NCBI RefSeq assembly: GCF_006345805.1
Contig: NW_021824556.1
Coordinates: 1 to 18,423 of the forward strand
Length of the DNA stretch: 18,423 bases
Direction: 5' to 3'
Origin: Octopus sinensis
Taxonomy: Eukaryota
Both the position numbers and the translations under genes were made by a program. Position 1 is the stretch's first letter. Each line of letters starts with the position of its first letter. The notes under the pieces were generated by a model. That model made no database searches. It was not told where the DNA came from and saw only the letters and a program-made list of their open reading frames with translations. Below, piece after piece: positions 1-9,612 of this stretch.

Positions 1-393
1 GACAGGTAGTCAGGCAGACAGGCAGACAGACGCGGGACGGACGGACAGGCAGACAGACACAGACCCAAATTTCTCCAATCACTACATCTTCCGATATCAA
101 TACATCGCATCTATTTCTGCCCATTCTGACTCCTGCCTTCTCTGTCTCTCTGTCTCTCTGTCTCTCTCTCTCTCTCTCGCTGTCTGTCTCTCTCTCTCTC
201 TCTTTCTCTCTCTCCTCTTATGATCTTTCTTTTTTACTAATATCTACTGTCTGATATCTGTCTGTCTATCTAATCTATCGATCTGTTTACCTATTTTGTA
301 TATCTATATATCTGCCTGCCTGCCAGCCTGTCTGTCTGTCTGTCTCTTTGTTTTCCTCCCTATTCGCCTGCCCGTCCGTCCGTCTGTCCTTCA

Positions 394-470
<77 letters not shown>
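1..470. repeat. Compound microsatellite field: degenerate (CAGA)n, (TC)n, (TCTG)n and pure (TCTA)n at ~395-470
   Basis: Directly visible simple repeats; ORFs 296..496 and 348..650 (YLSI repeats) are its translations. Confidence 0.95.
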
Positions 471-471
<1 letters not shown>

Positions 472-564
472 GCTTATCCACCGCCGCCATCACTGACCAC
501 CATCACCACACACAAAAAAAAACGATATTAAGTACAAATGAAAGCTCATCAATGTGGACCTTCA

Positions 565-750
565 GCATGCCAGAAATAGCAGCTAAATGTCCCTCAAATC
601 ATATCTGCATTTGTTTTAAAAAACGAACGATGGAAGGATGCATTGGATAATAATATAGGCTGGAAAAATAAAATATGTACGATGGGCACGGTTGAGACGC
701 TTAATGATAATAGGTCTGGCTCGTTCAGGACTGTCCAGGGGCTAAAACAC
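565..750 (+). repeat. Degraded dispersed repeat (family D), copy 1
   Basis: Shares 'TGC(C/T)AGAAATAGCA..TAA..TCCCT..AATCA' and a 'TAGGTC..GGGCT(A/T)AA' end with 6284-6480; a shorter match lies at ~7363-7390. Confidence 0.55.
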
Positions 751-1161
751 AGCTATAGTGCTGTTACATATATCATAATATTGGTTTGTTTACAAAATTA
801 TGTTCGCCGAAGTAGAGACATCACATGACCTTAATTTATGCAAACATCGTGTCACCCATCTGTGGTTGTTTACATCTGTGAGAAGTAGATCACGTTGCAC
901 AATCTTTGGGTGAACGTGCGCGCGCGTGCGTGCGCGTGCGCGTGCGTTTGTATATATATATACATAGATATGTACGCGTGCGTGTAACTTAGCCATTTCT
1001 CTTAAAACACGACCTTTTGCCTATATTGGAAATCATTACAGCCTCTTTGTATTGCGTTCTCTCGTTCACAGACATTCAAACATGTGTTTTGACTTTTATG
1101 CCATGTCAGTTTTGGACACATTCTTTATTTCTGACAATTTTCTCCATTCTCGTTTGTAACC

Positions 1162-1371
1162 TATTTCTTTATTACCCTCAAGGGGCTAAACACAGAGGGG
1201 ACAAACAAGGACAGACATAGGTATTAAGTCGATCACATCGACCCCAGTGCGTAACTGGTACTTAATTTATCGACCCCGAAAGGATGAAAGGTAAAGTCGA
1301 CCTCGGCGGAATTTGAACTCAGAACGTAGCGACTGACGAAATACCGCTAACGTTTCTGCTAGCTCGCCGCC
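1162..1371 (-). mobile_element. tRNA-derived SINE family A, monomer
   Basis: Head GGCGGCGAGCT, B-box GAGTTCAAATTCC, end AAAGAAATA. Perfect 15-bp TSD TTCTCGTTTGTAACC at 1147-1161 and 1372-1386. About 21 bp of the head is deleted between two GCTAA microhomologies. Confidence 0.95.
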
Positions 1372-1520
1372 TTCTCGTTTGTAACCGATTGGTCTGCTCC
1401 AGGGGTCGGCGAACTTTTAAATCCAATTATCCCCTAAATATATTTATTTATACCAACGCTACCCCCTTGATTTGAAAGGAAGAAAACCATAGATTCTTTG
1501 AATTCAAAAGGTTTGCTCCC

Positions 1521-1747
1521 TTTTACTCTCTTTTAGTTGTTTCAGTAAATTTGACCGCGTCCATGCTGGAGCACCGCCTTTAGTCGAGCAAATCGAACCC
1601 AGGGCTTATTCTTTGTAAGCCTAATACTTATTCTATCGGTTCTCTTTTGCCGAACCGTTATGTTACGGGGACGTAAACACACCAGCATCGGTTGTCAAGC
1701 GACGTTGGGGGTGACAAACACAGATACACAAACATATATACACACAG

Positions 1748-1786
<39 letters not shown>

Positions 1787-1950
1787 TACGACGAGCTTCT
1801 TTCAGTTTCCGTCTACCAAATCCACTCACAAGGCTTTGGTCAGCCCGAGGCTATAGTAGAAGACACTTGCCCAAGGTGCCACGCAGTGGGACTGATACCG
1901 GAACCATGTGGTTGGTAAGCAAGCTACTTACCACACAGCCACTCCTACGC
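1521..1950 (-). mobile_element. tRNA-derived SINE family B (CORE-like motif, internal TA/CA microsatellite)
   Basis: Minus strand: A-box TGGCTGTGTGG, B-box-like segment, ACCTTGGGCAAGTG (resembles the CORE-SINE core), internal microsatellite, (AAAAGAGT)-type tail. Colinear with 2281-2691, 7405-7893 and 9096-9488. Confidence 0.92.
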
Positions 1951-2280
1951 TTGTGAGTAATAAAGAAATAAGGACAATAGAGATTATAGATGCTGTCAAT
2001 TCTTGAGCACGAAACTGACCATTAATAAAACAGAATTCCTCACTATGCATGCAGTTTTACACCTGTTAATATTTACCCGAGGGATTTATTGATTAATATA
2101 ACGAAACTTAGGTGTTCTGGAAGCTAAGGTTTATTATTTTTTTTTAAATCGGAAGAACACACCTGTTGGCATGAATAGAATTCTAGGTTTAATTTTATCC
2201 TCTCCTATGGTGTACCTAATAAGAATAATGGTCACAATGACATGTCACTTAAACTAAACTTCTTAACCTACCCCGCAGCC

Positions 2281-2691
2281 TTACTCTTTACTCTTTTACC
2301 CTTTTACTTGTTTCAGTCATTTGACTGCGGCCATGCTGGAGCACCGCCTTTAGTCGAGCAACTCAACCCCGGGACTTATTCTTTGTAAGCCCAGTACTTA
2401 TTCTATCGGTCTTTTTTGCCAAACCGCTAAGTGACGGGGACGTAAGCACACCAGCATCGGCTGTCAAGCAATGCTAGGGGGACAAACACAGACACACACA
2501 CACACACACACACGTATATATATATACGATGGGCTTCTTTCAGTTTCCATCTATCAAATCCACTCACAAGGCATTGGTCGGCCCAGGGCTATAGCAGAAG
2601 ACACTTGCCCAAGATGCCACGCAGTGGGACTGAACCCGGAACCATGTGGTTGGTTAGCAAGCTACTTACCACAGAGCCACTCCTGCGCCTA
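2281..2691 (-). mobile_element. SINE family B, full length
   Basis: Colinear with the other B copies from TAGGCGCAGGAGTGGCT to the GAGTAAA-type tail; no TSD seen. Confidence 0.92.
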
Positions 2692-3029
2692 TATATGTTG
2701 AAAATACTTTTTAAAGTGAAGTCTGTTTTACGGCGGACCTGAAGGTTCCAATGAATTTTAAAATTCAGCTGTGAACTTATTCTTCCAGATCCACAACAGT
2801 CATTCTGATTTGAAGCTTATATAAGAGCGATATCCTGTCCATCGTCTCCAGAGCCAACTTGCGCGCTATTTTGCATTCATCCCAGACTACATCTTAGGAA
2901 CTTGTCCCGTCCCCGAATTGTTAGCCATGTTGCGGGCAGGTACAGGTACAGGTGCTTCATTTGCGCACAAGAGAAGCTTGAAAGGAAAATGTGCTGACAG
3001 GACTGTGTCGACAATACTAGAAGAAACAA

Positions 3030-5095
3030 AGGCGGCGAGCTGCCAGAAGCGTTAGCACGCCGGGCGAAATGCGTTGCCGTATTTCGTCTGTCGTTACGTT
3101 CTGAGTTCAAATTCCGCCGAGGTCGACTTTACCTTTCATCCTTTCGGGGTCGATAAATTAAGTACCAGTTACGCACTGGGGTCGATGTAATCGACTTAAT
3201 ACCTATGTCTGTCCTTGTTTGTCCCCTCTGTGTTTAGAGCCCCTTGTAGGTAGTAAAGAAATAGGTATTTTCACCTGTCGCTACGTTCTGATTTCAAATT
3301 CCGCCGAGGTTGACTTTGCCTTTCATCCTTTCGGGTCGATAAATTAAGTACCAGTTACGCACTGGGGTCGATGTAATCGACTTAATTAATCCCTTTGTCT
3401 GTCCTTGTTTGTCCCCTCTGTGTTTTAGCCCCTTGTAGGTAGTAAAGAATAGGTATTTCACCTGTCGCTACGTTCTGAGTTCAAATTCCGCCGAGGTGAC
3501 TTTGCCTTTCAATCCTTTCGGGGTCGATAAATTAAGTACAGTTACGCACTGGGGTCGATGTAATCGACTTAATCCGTTTGTCTGTCCTTGTTTGTCCCCT
3601 CTGTGTGTTTCCCCTTGGTAGGTAGTAAAGAAATAGGTATTTCACCTGTCGCTACGTTCTGAGTTCAAATTCCGCCGCCGAGGTTGACTTTGCCTTTCAT
3701 CCTTTCGGGGTCGATAAATAAGTACCAGTTACGCACTGGGGTCGATGTAATCGACTTAATACCTATGTCTGTCCTTGTTTTGTCCCCTCTGTGTGTTAGC
3801 CCCTTGTGGTAGTAAAGAAATAGGTATTTCACCTGTCGCTACGTTCTGAGTTCAAATCCTCCGCCGAGTTGACTTTGCCTTTCATCCTTTCGTCGGGTCG
3901 ATAAATTAAGTACCAGTTTACGCACTGGGGTCGATGTAATCGACTTAATCCCTTTGTCCTGTCCTTGTTTGTCCCCTCTGTGTTTAGCCCCTTGTAGGTA
4001 GTAAAGAAATAGTATTTCACACCTGTCGCTACGTTCTGAGTTCAATTCCCGCCGAGTTGACTTTGCCTTTCATCCTTTCGGGGTCGATAAATTAAGTACC
4101 AGTTACGCACTGGGGTCGATGTAATCGACTTAATCCGTTTGTCTGTCCTTGTTTGTCCCCTCTGTGTTTAGCCCCTTGTAGGTAGTAAAGAAATAGGTAT
4201 TTCACCTGTCGCTACGTTCTGAGTTCAAATTCCGCCGAGGTTGACTTTGCCTTTTATCCTTTCGGGGTCGATAAATTAAGTACCAGTTACGCACTGGGGT
4301 CGATGTAATCGACTTAATCCGTTTGTCTGTCCTTGTTTGTCCCCTCTGTGTTTAGCCCCTTGTAGGTAGTAAAGAAATAGGTATTTCACCTGTCGCTACG
4401 TTCTGAGTTCAAATTCCGCCGAGGTTGACTTTGCCTTTCATCCTTTCGGGGTCGATAAATTAAGTACCAGTTACGCACTGGGGTCGATGTAATCGACTTA
4501 ATACCTATGTCTGTCCTTGTTTGTCCCCTCTGTGTTTAGCCCCTTGTAGGTAGTAAAGAAATAGGTATTTCACCTGTCGCTACGTTCTGAGTTCAAATTC
4601 CGCCGAGGTTGACTTTGCCTTTCATCCTTTCGGGGTCGATAAATTAAGTACCAGTTACGCACTGGGGTCGATGTAATCGACTTAATCCGTTTTGTCTGTC
4701 CTTGTTTGTCCCCTCTGTTGTTAGCCCCTTGTAGGTAGTAAAGAAATAGGTATTTCACCTGTCGCTCCGTTCTGAGTTCAAAATTCCGCCGAGGTTGACT
4801 TTGCCTTTCATCCTTTCGGGGTCGATAAATTAAGTACCAGTTACGCACTGGGGTCGATGTAATCGACTTAATCCCTTTGTCTGTCCCTTGTTTGTCCCCT
4901 CTGTGTTTAGCCCCTTGTAGGTAGTAAAGAAATAGGTATTTCACCTGTCGCTACGTTCTGAGTTCAAATTCCGCCGAGGTTGACTTTGCCTTTCATCCTT
5001 TCGGGTCGGTTAATAAGTACCGTATAATCGACTTAATCCATTTGTCTATCCTTGTCCCCCTCTGTATTTAGCCCCTTGTGGGCAATAAAAAAATA
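3030..5095 (+). mobile_element. SINE family A concatemer: one full monomer plus 10 head-less ~184-bp tandem units
   Basis: 11 B-box copies (~3104, 3290, 3478, 3661, 3848, 4039, 4221, 4405, 4589, 4774, 4960), period 184 bp in clean units. One perfect 17-bp TSD AATACTAGAAGAAACAA at 3013-3029 and 5096-5112. Confidence 0.95.
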
Positions 5096-5276
5096 AATAC
5101 TAGAAGAAACAATTGCAAGAGCTAAGTTTGTATGTTGTCGGACTCCAGCAATCAATAGACTGTTCAAAAATGTCTTTTCGGTGCTATACCTGATAAAGTT
5201 TACGGGAATAAACAAAAGACGATGGCAGGTGGAGTACAAACAAATGTTTTAGTATAGCGCTCAGGAATAGAAAAAG

Positions 5277-5314
5277 TCTTTTACGTTTCGAGCCTACGCC
5301 CTTCTACAGAAAGA
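5277..5314 (-). ncRNA. Minimal type-I hammerhead ribozyme-like motif (Penelope/retrozyme type), variant core
   Basis: Minus strand reads UCUUU-CUGUAGA-A-GGGC(GUAG)GCUC-GAAAC-GUA-AAAGA: 5-bp stem I, 4-bp stem II, palindromic ACGU stem III, GUA cleavage triplet. Core has U where A6 is canonical. Confidence 0.6.
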
Positions 5315-5752
5315 TACACAGAAAAAAAACAAGGTGAGAACCAAGGAGACAAAAAAATGCGTGTAGGAGCTAACGATCTATCATGGTGTCCTGATATATC
5401 CCATACCTGATACATACTTACAATTCAGTGAACCGTAACAATTATGCGCCTAGCCTAGGAAACACAGGGTAGTGAACTATACTTCTCTGTGGTACTAACT
5501 TTTCTTTTTGGTAACTAGACTATTGATAGTCAAGTGCTTTGGTTATAGACACAAGGACAATGAACCGTATAACAAAGCCCGTAACTATTCGTGTACAGTG
5601 TTTTCACTTCCTGTGAGTGAATGCTGAGTTTGTATTTGTTGTAGACAACAGCACATTGTTTGTGTAGGTTGTTGACAACATATGCACGCGTACACTCACA
5701 CTTAACCATTCTTACAGGCATTACAGATATACACGTGCACTGGCAAACGCAC

Positions 5753-5783
5753 CTGGCGCCTTAGACCACTCGGCCATTCTGAC
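5753..5783 (-). pseudogene. tRNA-Leu 5'-half fragment (31 nt)
   Basis: Reverse complement GTCAGAATGGCCGAGTGGTCTAAGGCGCCAG differs by one base from the metazoan tRNA-Leu(CAA) 5' end as I recall it (GTCAGGATGGCCGAGTGGTCTAAGGCGCCAG). No anticodon or 3' half. Confidence 0.75.
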
Positions 5784-5785
5784 AA

Positions 5786-6203
5786 GGCGGCGAGCTGGCA
5801 GAAACGTTAGCACGCCGGGCGAAATGCTTAGCAGTATTTCGTCTGTATTTACGTTCTGAGTTCAAATTCCGCCGAGGTCGACTTTGCCTTTCATCCTTTC
5901 GGGGGTCGATTAAATAAGTACCAGTTACGCACTGGGGTCGATATAATCGACTTAATCCATTTGTCTGTCCTTGTTTGTCCTTTCTGTGTTTAGCCCCTTG
6001 TGGGTAGTAAAGAAATAGGTATTTCGTCTGCCGCTACGTTCTGAGTTCAAATTCCTCCGAGGTCGACTTTGCCTTTCATCCTTTCGGGGGTCGATTAAAT
6101 AAGTACCAGTTACGCACTGGGGTCGATATAATCGACTTAATCCATTTGTCTGTCCTTGTTTGTCCCTTCTCTGTATTTAGCCCCTTGTGGTTAGTAAAGA
6201 AAT
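5786..6203 (+). mobile_element. SINE family A dimer (monomer plus head-less unit)
   Basis: Junction AAAGAAATAG|GTATTTC at 6018/6019. A 16-bp TSD AGATATACACG(T/C)GCAC at 5725-5740 and 6204-6219 also encloses 5741-5785. Confidence 0.93.
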
Positions 6204-6283
6204 AGATATACACGCGCACACAGGAGTTATTTGAGACAACCTCGTGACTCTCAAGTCAACGAGGAAGCCTTTAAGTGCTGCTA

Positions 6284-6480
6284 TGACCTGCTAGAAATAG
6301 CAATTTAATCTCCCTTGAATCAAACGTCAGCATTTTAAATAAGGAAAGGAGATTGTAGGATTATGTGGTTCTGTATATATAAAAGAAAGAAGAAGAAAAA
6401 GATGGGATGGTTACACGATTGGAATGACTTAGGTCATATGTCTGTTGAGTCAGAGCTGACATGGGCTTAAGAGAGCAACA
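6284..6480 (+). repeat. Degraded dispersed repeat (family D), copy 2
   Basis: Similar to 565-750 (TGCTAGAAATAGCA..AATCTCCCTTGAATCA). Confidence 0.55.
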
Positions 6481-6498
6481 GCGGCACTACCACTCGAC

Positions 6499-6528
6499 GT
6501 GCTAACGTTTCTGCCAGCTCGCAGCCTT
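6499..6528 (-). mobile_element. SINE family A head fragment
   Basis: GTGCTAACGTTTCTGCCAGCTCGCAGCC is the reverse complement of the family A 5' end. Confidence 0.7.
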
Positions 6529-6809
6529 GAGAAATATCAAAGGTTAATGTTCGACCGATTAAACAAGATTTATAAGACGTCATCAGTGGAAGCTAAGCGT
6601 TTTTCATTACAAGACTCGGCGTCATTTCCGCTCCTTTCCCAAGAAGCATCGGTGACACGAGACCTCCACCCAGCACAAAACCCCCCGTCAATAGTCTCTT
6701 CTCAGATGATACCCATAATCTACCTGCCCCCACCCCGCTACCCAGAGAGGTAATATTTATCCCCACTTAAATATGGACGTTCCGTTAGAACGAGGTTTAC
6801 TGTAGTAGA

Positions 6810-7195
6810 GTGGAGGCGCAATGGCCCAGTGGTTAGGGAAGCGGACTCGCGGTCGTAGGATCGCGGTTTCGATTCCCAGACCGGGCGTTGTGAGTGTTTA
6901 TTGAGCGAAAACACCGAAAGCTCCACGAAGCTCCGGCAGGGGATGGTGGTGGTCCCTGCTGTACTCTTTCACCACAACTTTCTCTCACTCTTACTTCCTG
7001 TTTCTGTTGTACCTGTATTTCAAAGGGCCGGCCTTGACACTCTCTATGTCACGCTGAATATCCCCGAGAACTACGTTAAGGGTACACGTGTCTGTGGAGT
7101 GCTCAGCCACTTACACGTTAATTTCACGAGCAGGCTGTTCCGTTGATTCGGATCAACCGGAACCCTCGTCGTCGTAACCGACGGAGTGCTTCCCC
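6810..7195 (+). mobile_element. tRNA-derived SINE family C, tail type 1, full length
   Basis: A-box TGGCCCAGTGG, B-box GGTTTCGATTCC. 11-bp TSD ACTGTAGTAGA at 6799-6809 and 7196-7206. Near-identical to 16429-16816. Confidence 0.95.
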
Positions 7196-7404
7196 ACTGT
7201 AGTAGATGTCCACGAGAGAAACTCTCATACAGGCTTTCGGTGCAAAATTCACGCTTGTTTGATATCGCCAGCAAGGAAATAAATCTCCATCGAATCCAGC
7301 GCCGAGACTATTAGATCACATGAACTCGACCTTCCTTGGTCTCATCGGTGGTGGACGCTCGACTGCTAGAGATAGCAGCGATTCGCCTCGTCACTAGCGA
7401 TATA

Positions 7405-7635
7405 CTCTCTTTTACTCTTTTACTTGTTTCAGTCATGTGACTGTGGCCATGCTAGAGCACCGCATTTTGTCGAGCAAATCGACCCCAGGACTTATTCTTT
7501 GTAAGCCTAGTACTTATTCTATTTTTGCCGAACCCTAAGATACGGAGACAACACACCAGTATCGGTTGTCAAGCGATGTTGGTGGGGGGACAAACACAGA
7601 CACACAAACATATACACACACACACACCACACACA

Positions 7636-7667
<32 letters not shown>

Positions 7668-7696
7668 TATATATTATATATTTATATTTATATATA

Positions 7697-7740
<44 letters not shown>

Positions 7741-7893
7741 TACATATACGACGGGTTTCTTCAGTTTCCGTCTACCAAATCCACTCACAAGGCTTTGGTC
7801 AGCCCGAGGCTATAGTAGAAGACACTTGCCCAAGGTGCCACGCAGTGGGACTGAACCCGGAACCATGTGGTTGGTAAGCAAGCTACTTACCAC
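7405..7893 (-). mobile_element. SINE family B with expanded internal (CA)n/(TA)n
   Basis: Colinear with the other B copies; microsatellite at ~7615-7748; extreme 5' end runs into (CA)n at 7890-7933. Confidence 0.9.
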
Positions 7894-8229
7894 ACCACAC
7901 ACACACACACACACACCACACACACACACACACAAGATGTGCCTGAACAGGCACTAGTATCACGATTAGCCAGTCAGCTTGTTAAAATATATTTTAGCGA
8001 CAGAGGCAGTATTCATAGCGAGAAACTGGAGTTGGTGGGGACTTATCTCACCGCTCACGATATAAACAAGCGTGCATTTTGCACCAAAAGCCTAAATGTG
8101 AGTTTCTCTCGTGGTATCTATCACAGTATAGTCTGTTCTAACAGAACAACCACGTTTAAGTGGGAATAAATATTACCTCTCGGTATTACTACAGCTTCTG
8201 TCGCTAATATATACTTCCTCCATAGATCA

Positions 8230-8445
8230 TGACAGATCTGACCCTCCTCTTTGGTTCTACTGAAGGGTGGCTCTCTCAGCTCTCTGCATATGCGTGCATA
8301 GCATGTGGCTGAATATCTTCCACCGTCACGCGGTGATGAAACCCCAAAAAGGTACTCATCCCGGTTTTTTTCTGTGACTTCTTCGTACGTGATGTAATCA
8401 CACCAACAAATTCTTAATATAGCCTTATGACAACTGTAGTCCAAC
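8230..8445 (-). pseudogene. Degraded RTE-clade LINE ORF fragment (post-RT region)
   Basis: CHKAILRICWCDYITYEEV resembles the RTE motif CLRRIL.I.W.D.ITNEEV; another frame gives ITA*RWKIFSHML, like RR..W.GH.LR. Confidence 0.6.
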
Positions 8446-8499
8446 AAATTCTTTTGGGGTTTTTTTCCCTACGTTTCACAAGAATCTTTTATCTGTTAT

Positions 8500-9060
8500 T
8501 AGTTTCAGGCATTAAACTGCGGCTATGCTGGAGCACCGCTTCGAAGGGTATAGTTGAACAAGTCTGCCTAAGGACTTACTTCTAAGTCTGGTGCTTATTC
8601 TTAGTTCTTTGCTGCCCACAAGGGGCTAAACACAGAGGGGACAAACGAGGACAGACAAACGGATTAAGTCGATTATATCGACCCCAGTGCGTAACTGGTA
8701 CTTGTTTAATCGACCCCGAAAGGATGAAAGGCAAAGTCGACCTCGGCGGAATTTGAACTTAGAACGTAACGGCAGACGAAATACGTATTTCTTTACTGCC
8801 CACAAGGGGCTAAACACAGAGAGGACAAACAAGGACAGACAACGGATTAAGTCGATTATATCGACCCCAGTGCGTAACTGGTACTTGTTTAATCGACCCT
8901 GAAAGGATGAAAGGCAAAGTCGACCTCGGCGGAATTTGAACTCAGAACGTAACGGCAGACGAAATACAGCTCGTCGGCAAGAGAGCCCTGGTGCTTATTC
9001 TGTCGGCTTTTGACGAACTGCAAAGTTAAGGGGACGCAAAGAAAGTAACATGGTGTTTTT
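8500..9060 (-). mobile_element. Old family-B-like 3' portion, split by a SINE A insertion
   Basis: CTGCGGCTATGCTGGAGCACCGC and GGTGCTTATTCTGTCGG..GGGGACG match the B tail; interrupted at 8602-8987. Confidence 0.65.
8602..8987 (-). mobile_element. SINE family A dimer
   Basis: Two units joined at the palindrome GAAATACGTATTTC (8778-8791). 14-bp TSD CTGGTGCTTATTCT at 8588-8601 and 8988-9001. Head partly deleted. Confidence 0.93.
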
Positions 9061-9095
9061 GCGGCTTTAATAATAATATGAACCATATATATATG

Positions 9096-9487
9096 TGTGG
9101 CTGTGTGGTAAGTAGCTTGTTTACCAACCACATGGTTCCGGGTTCAGTCCCACTACGTGGCACATTGGGCAAGTGTCTTCTACTAAAGCCTCGGGCCGAC
9201 CAAAGCCTTGTGAGTGGATTTGGTAGACGGAAACTGAAAGAAGACTGTCGTATATATGTATATATATATGTATGTATGTGTATGTGTATGTGTGTCTGTG
9301 TTTGTCCCCCTAGCATTGCTTGACAACCGATGCTGGTGCGTTTATGTCCCCGTTACTTAGCGGTTCGGCAAAGAGACCGATAGAATAAGTACTAGGCTTA
9401 CAAAGAATAAGTCCCGGGGTCGATTTGCTCGACTAAAGGCGGTGCTCCAGCATGGCCGCAGTCAACTGTCTGAAACAAGTAAAAGAG

Positions 9488-9488
<1 letters not shown>
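9096..9488 (+). mobile_element. SINE family B
   Basis: TGGCTGTGTGGTAAGTAGC..GGGTTCAGTCCC..TTGGGCAAGTG..GAAACAAGTAAAAGAGT. Confidence 0.92.
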
Positions 9489-9557
<69 letters not shown>

Positions 9558-9560
9558 GAT

Positions 9561-9611
<51 letters not shown>

Positions 9612-9612
9612 T
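9489..9612. repeat. Alternating (TA)n/(CA)n microsatellite
   Basis: Three TA and three CA blocks directly after the SINE B tail. Confidence 0.95.

Larger units (their letters stand above)
6741..8183. mobile_element. Probable long-TIR MITE / non-autonomous DNA transposon with nested SINEs
   Basis: 6741-6809 plus 7207-7299 (SINE C removed) is a diverged inverted repeat of 8026-8183 (~160 bp). TA flanks both outer ends (6739-6740, 8184-8185). Confidence 0.6.

Noticed and set aside
1400-1520. hAT-type TIR CAGGGGTCGGCGAAC
   Set aside because: No matching right TIR or 8-bp TSD found; at most a fragment.
3030-5095. CRISPR-like array or repetitive protein gene (ORFs 3829..4020, 3839..4045, 4570..4944)
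   Set aside because: Units repeat along their whole length with no unique spacers, there are no cas genes, and the context is eukaryotic. The ORFs are antisense SINE translations broken by indels.
2824-5252. Open frame of ~110 codons (plus strand) and faint GVRQ..LFLL..CANE RT-like motifs (minus strand) across the array's empty site
   Set aside because: No recognisable protein or splice signals, and the RT-like motifs need frameshifts and are too degenerate to call without a profile search.
6810-6882. Functional tRNA genes at SINE heads
   Set aside because: A and B boxes are present, but each continues into a repeated SINE body with a TSD, and no convincing full cloverleaf is seen.
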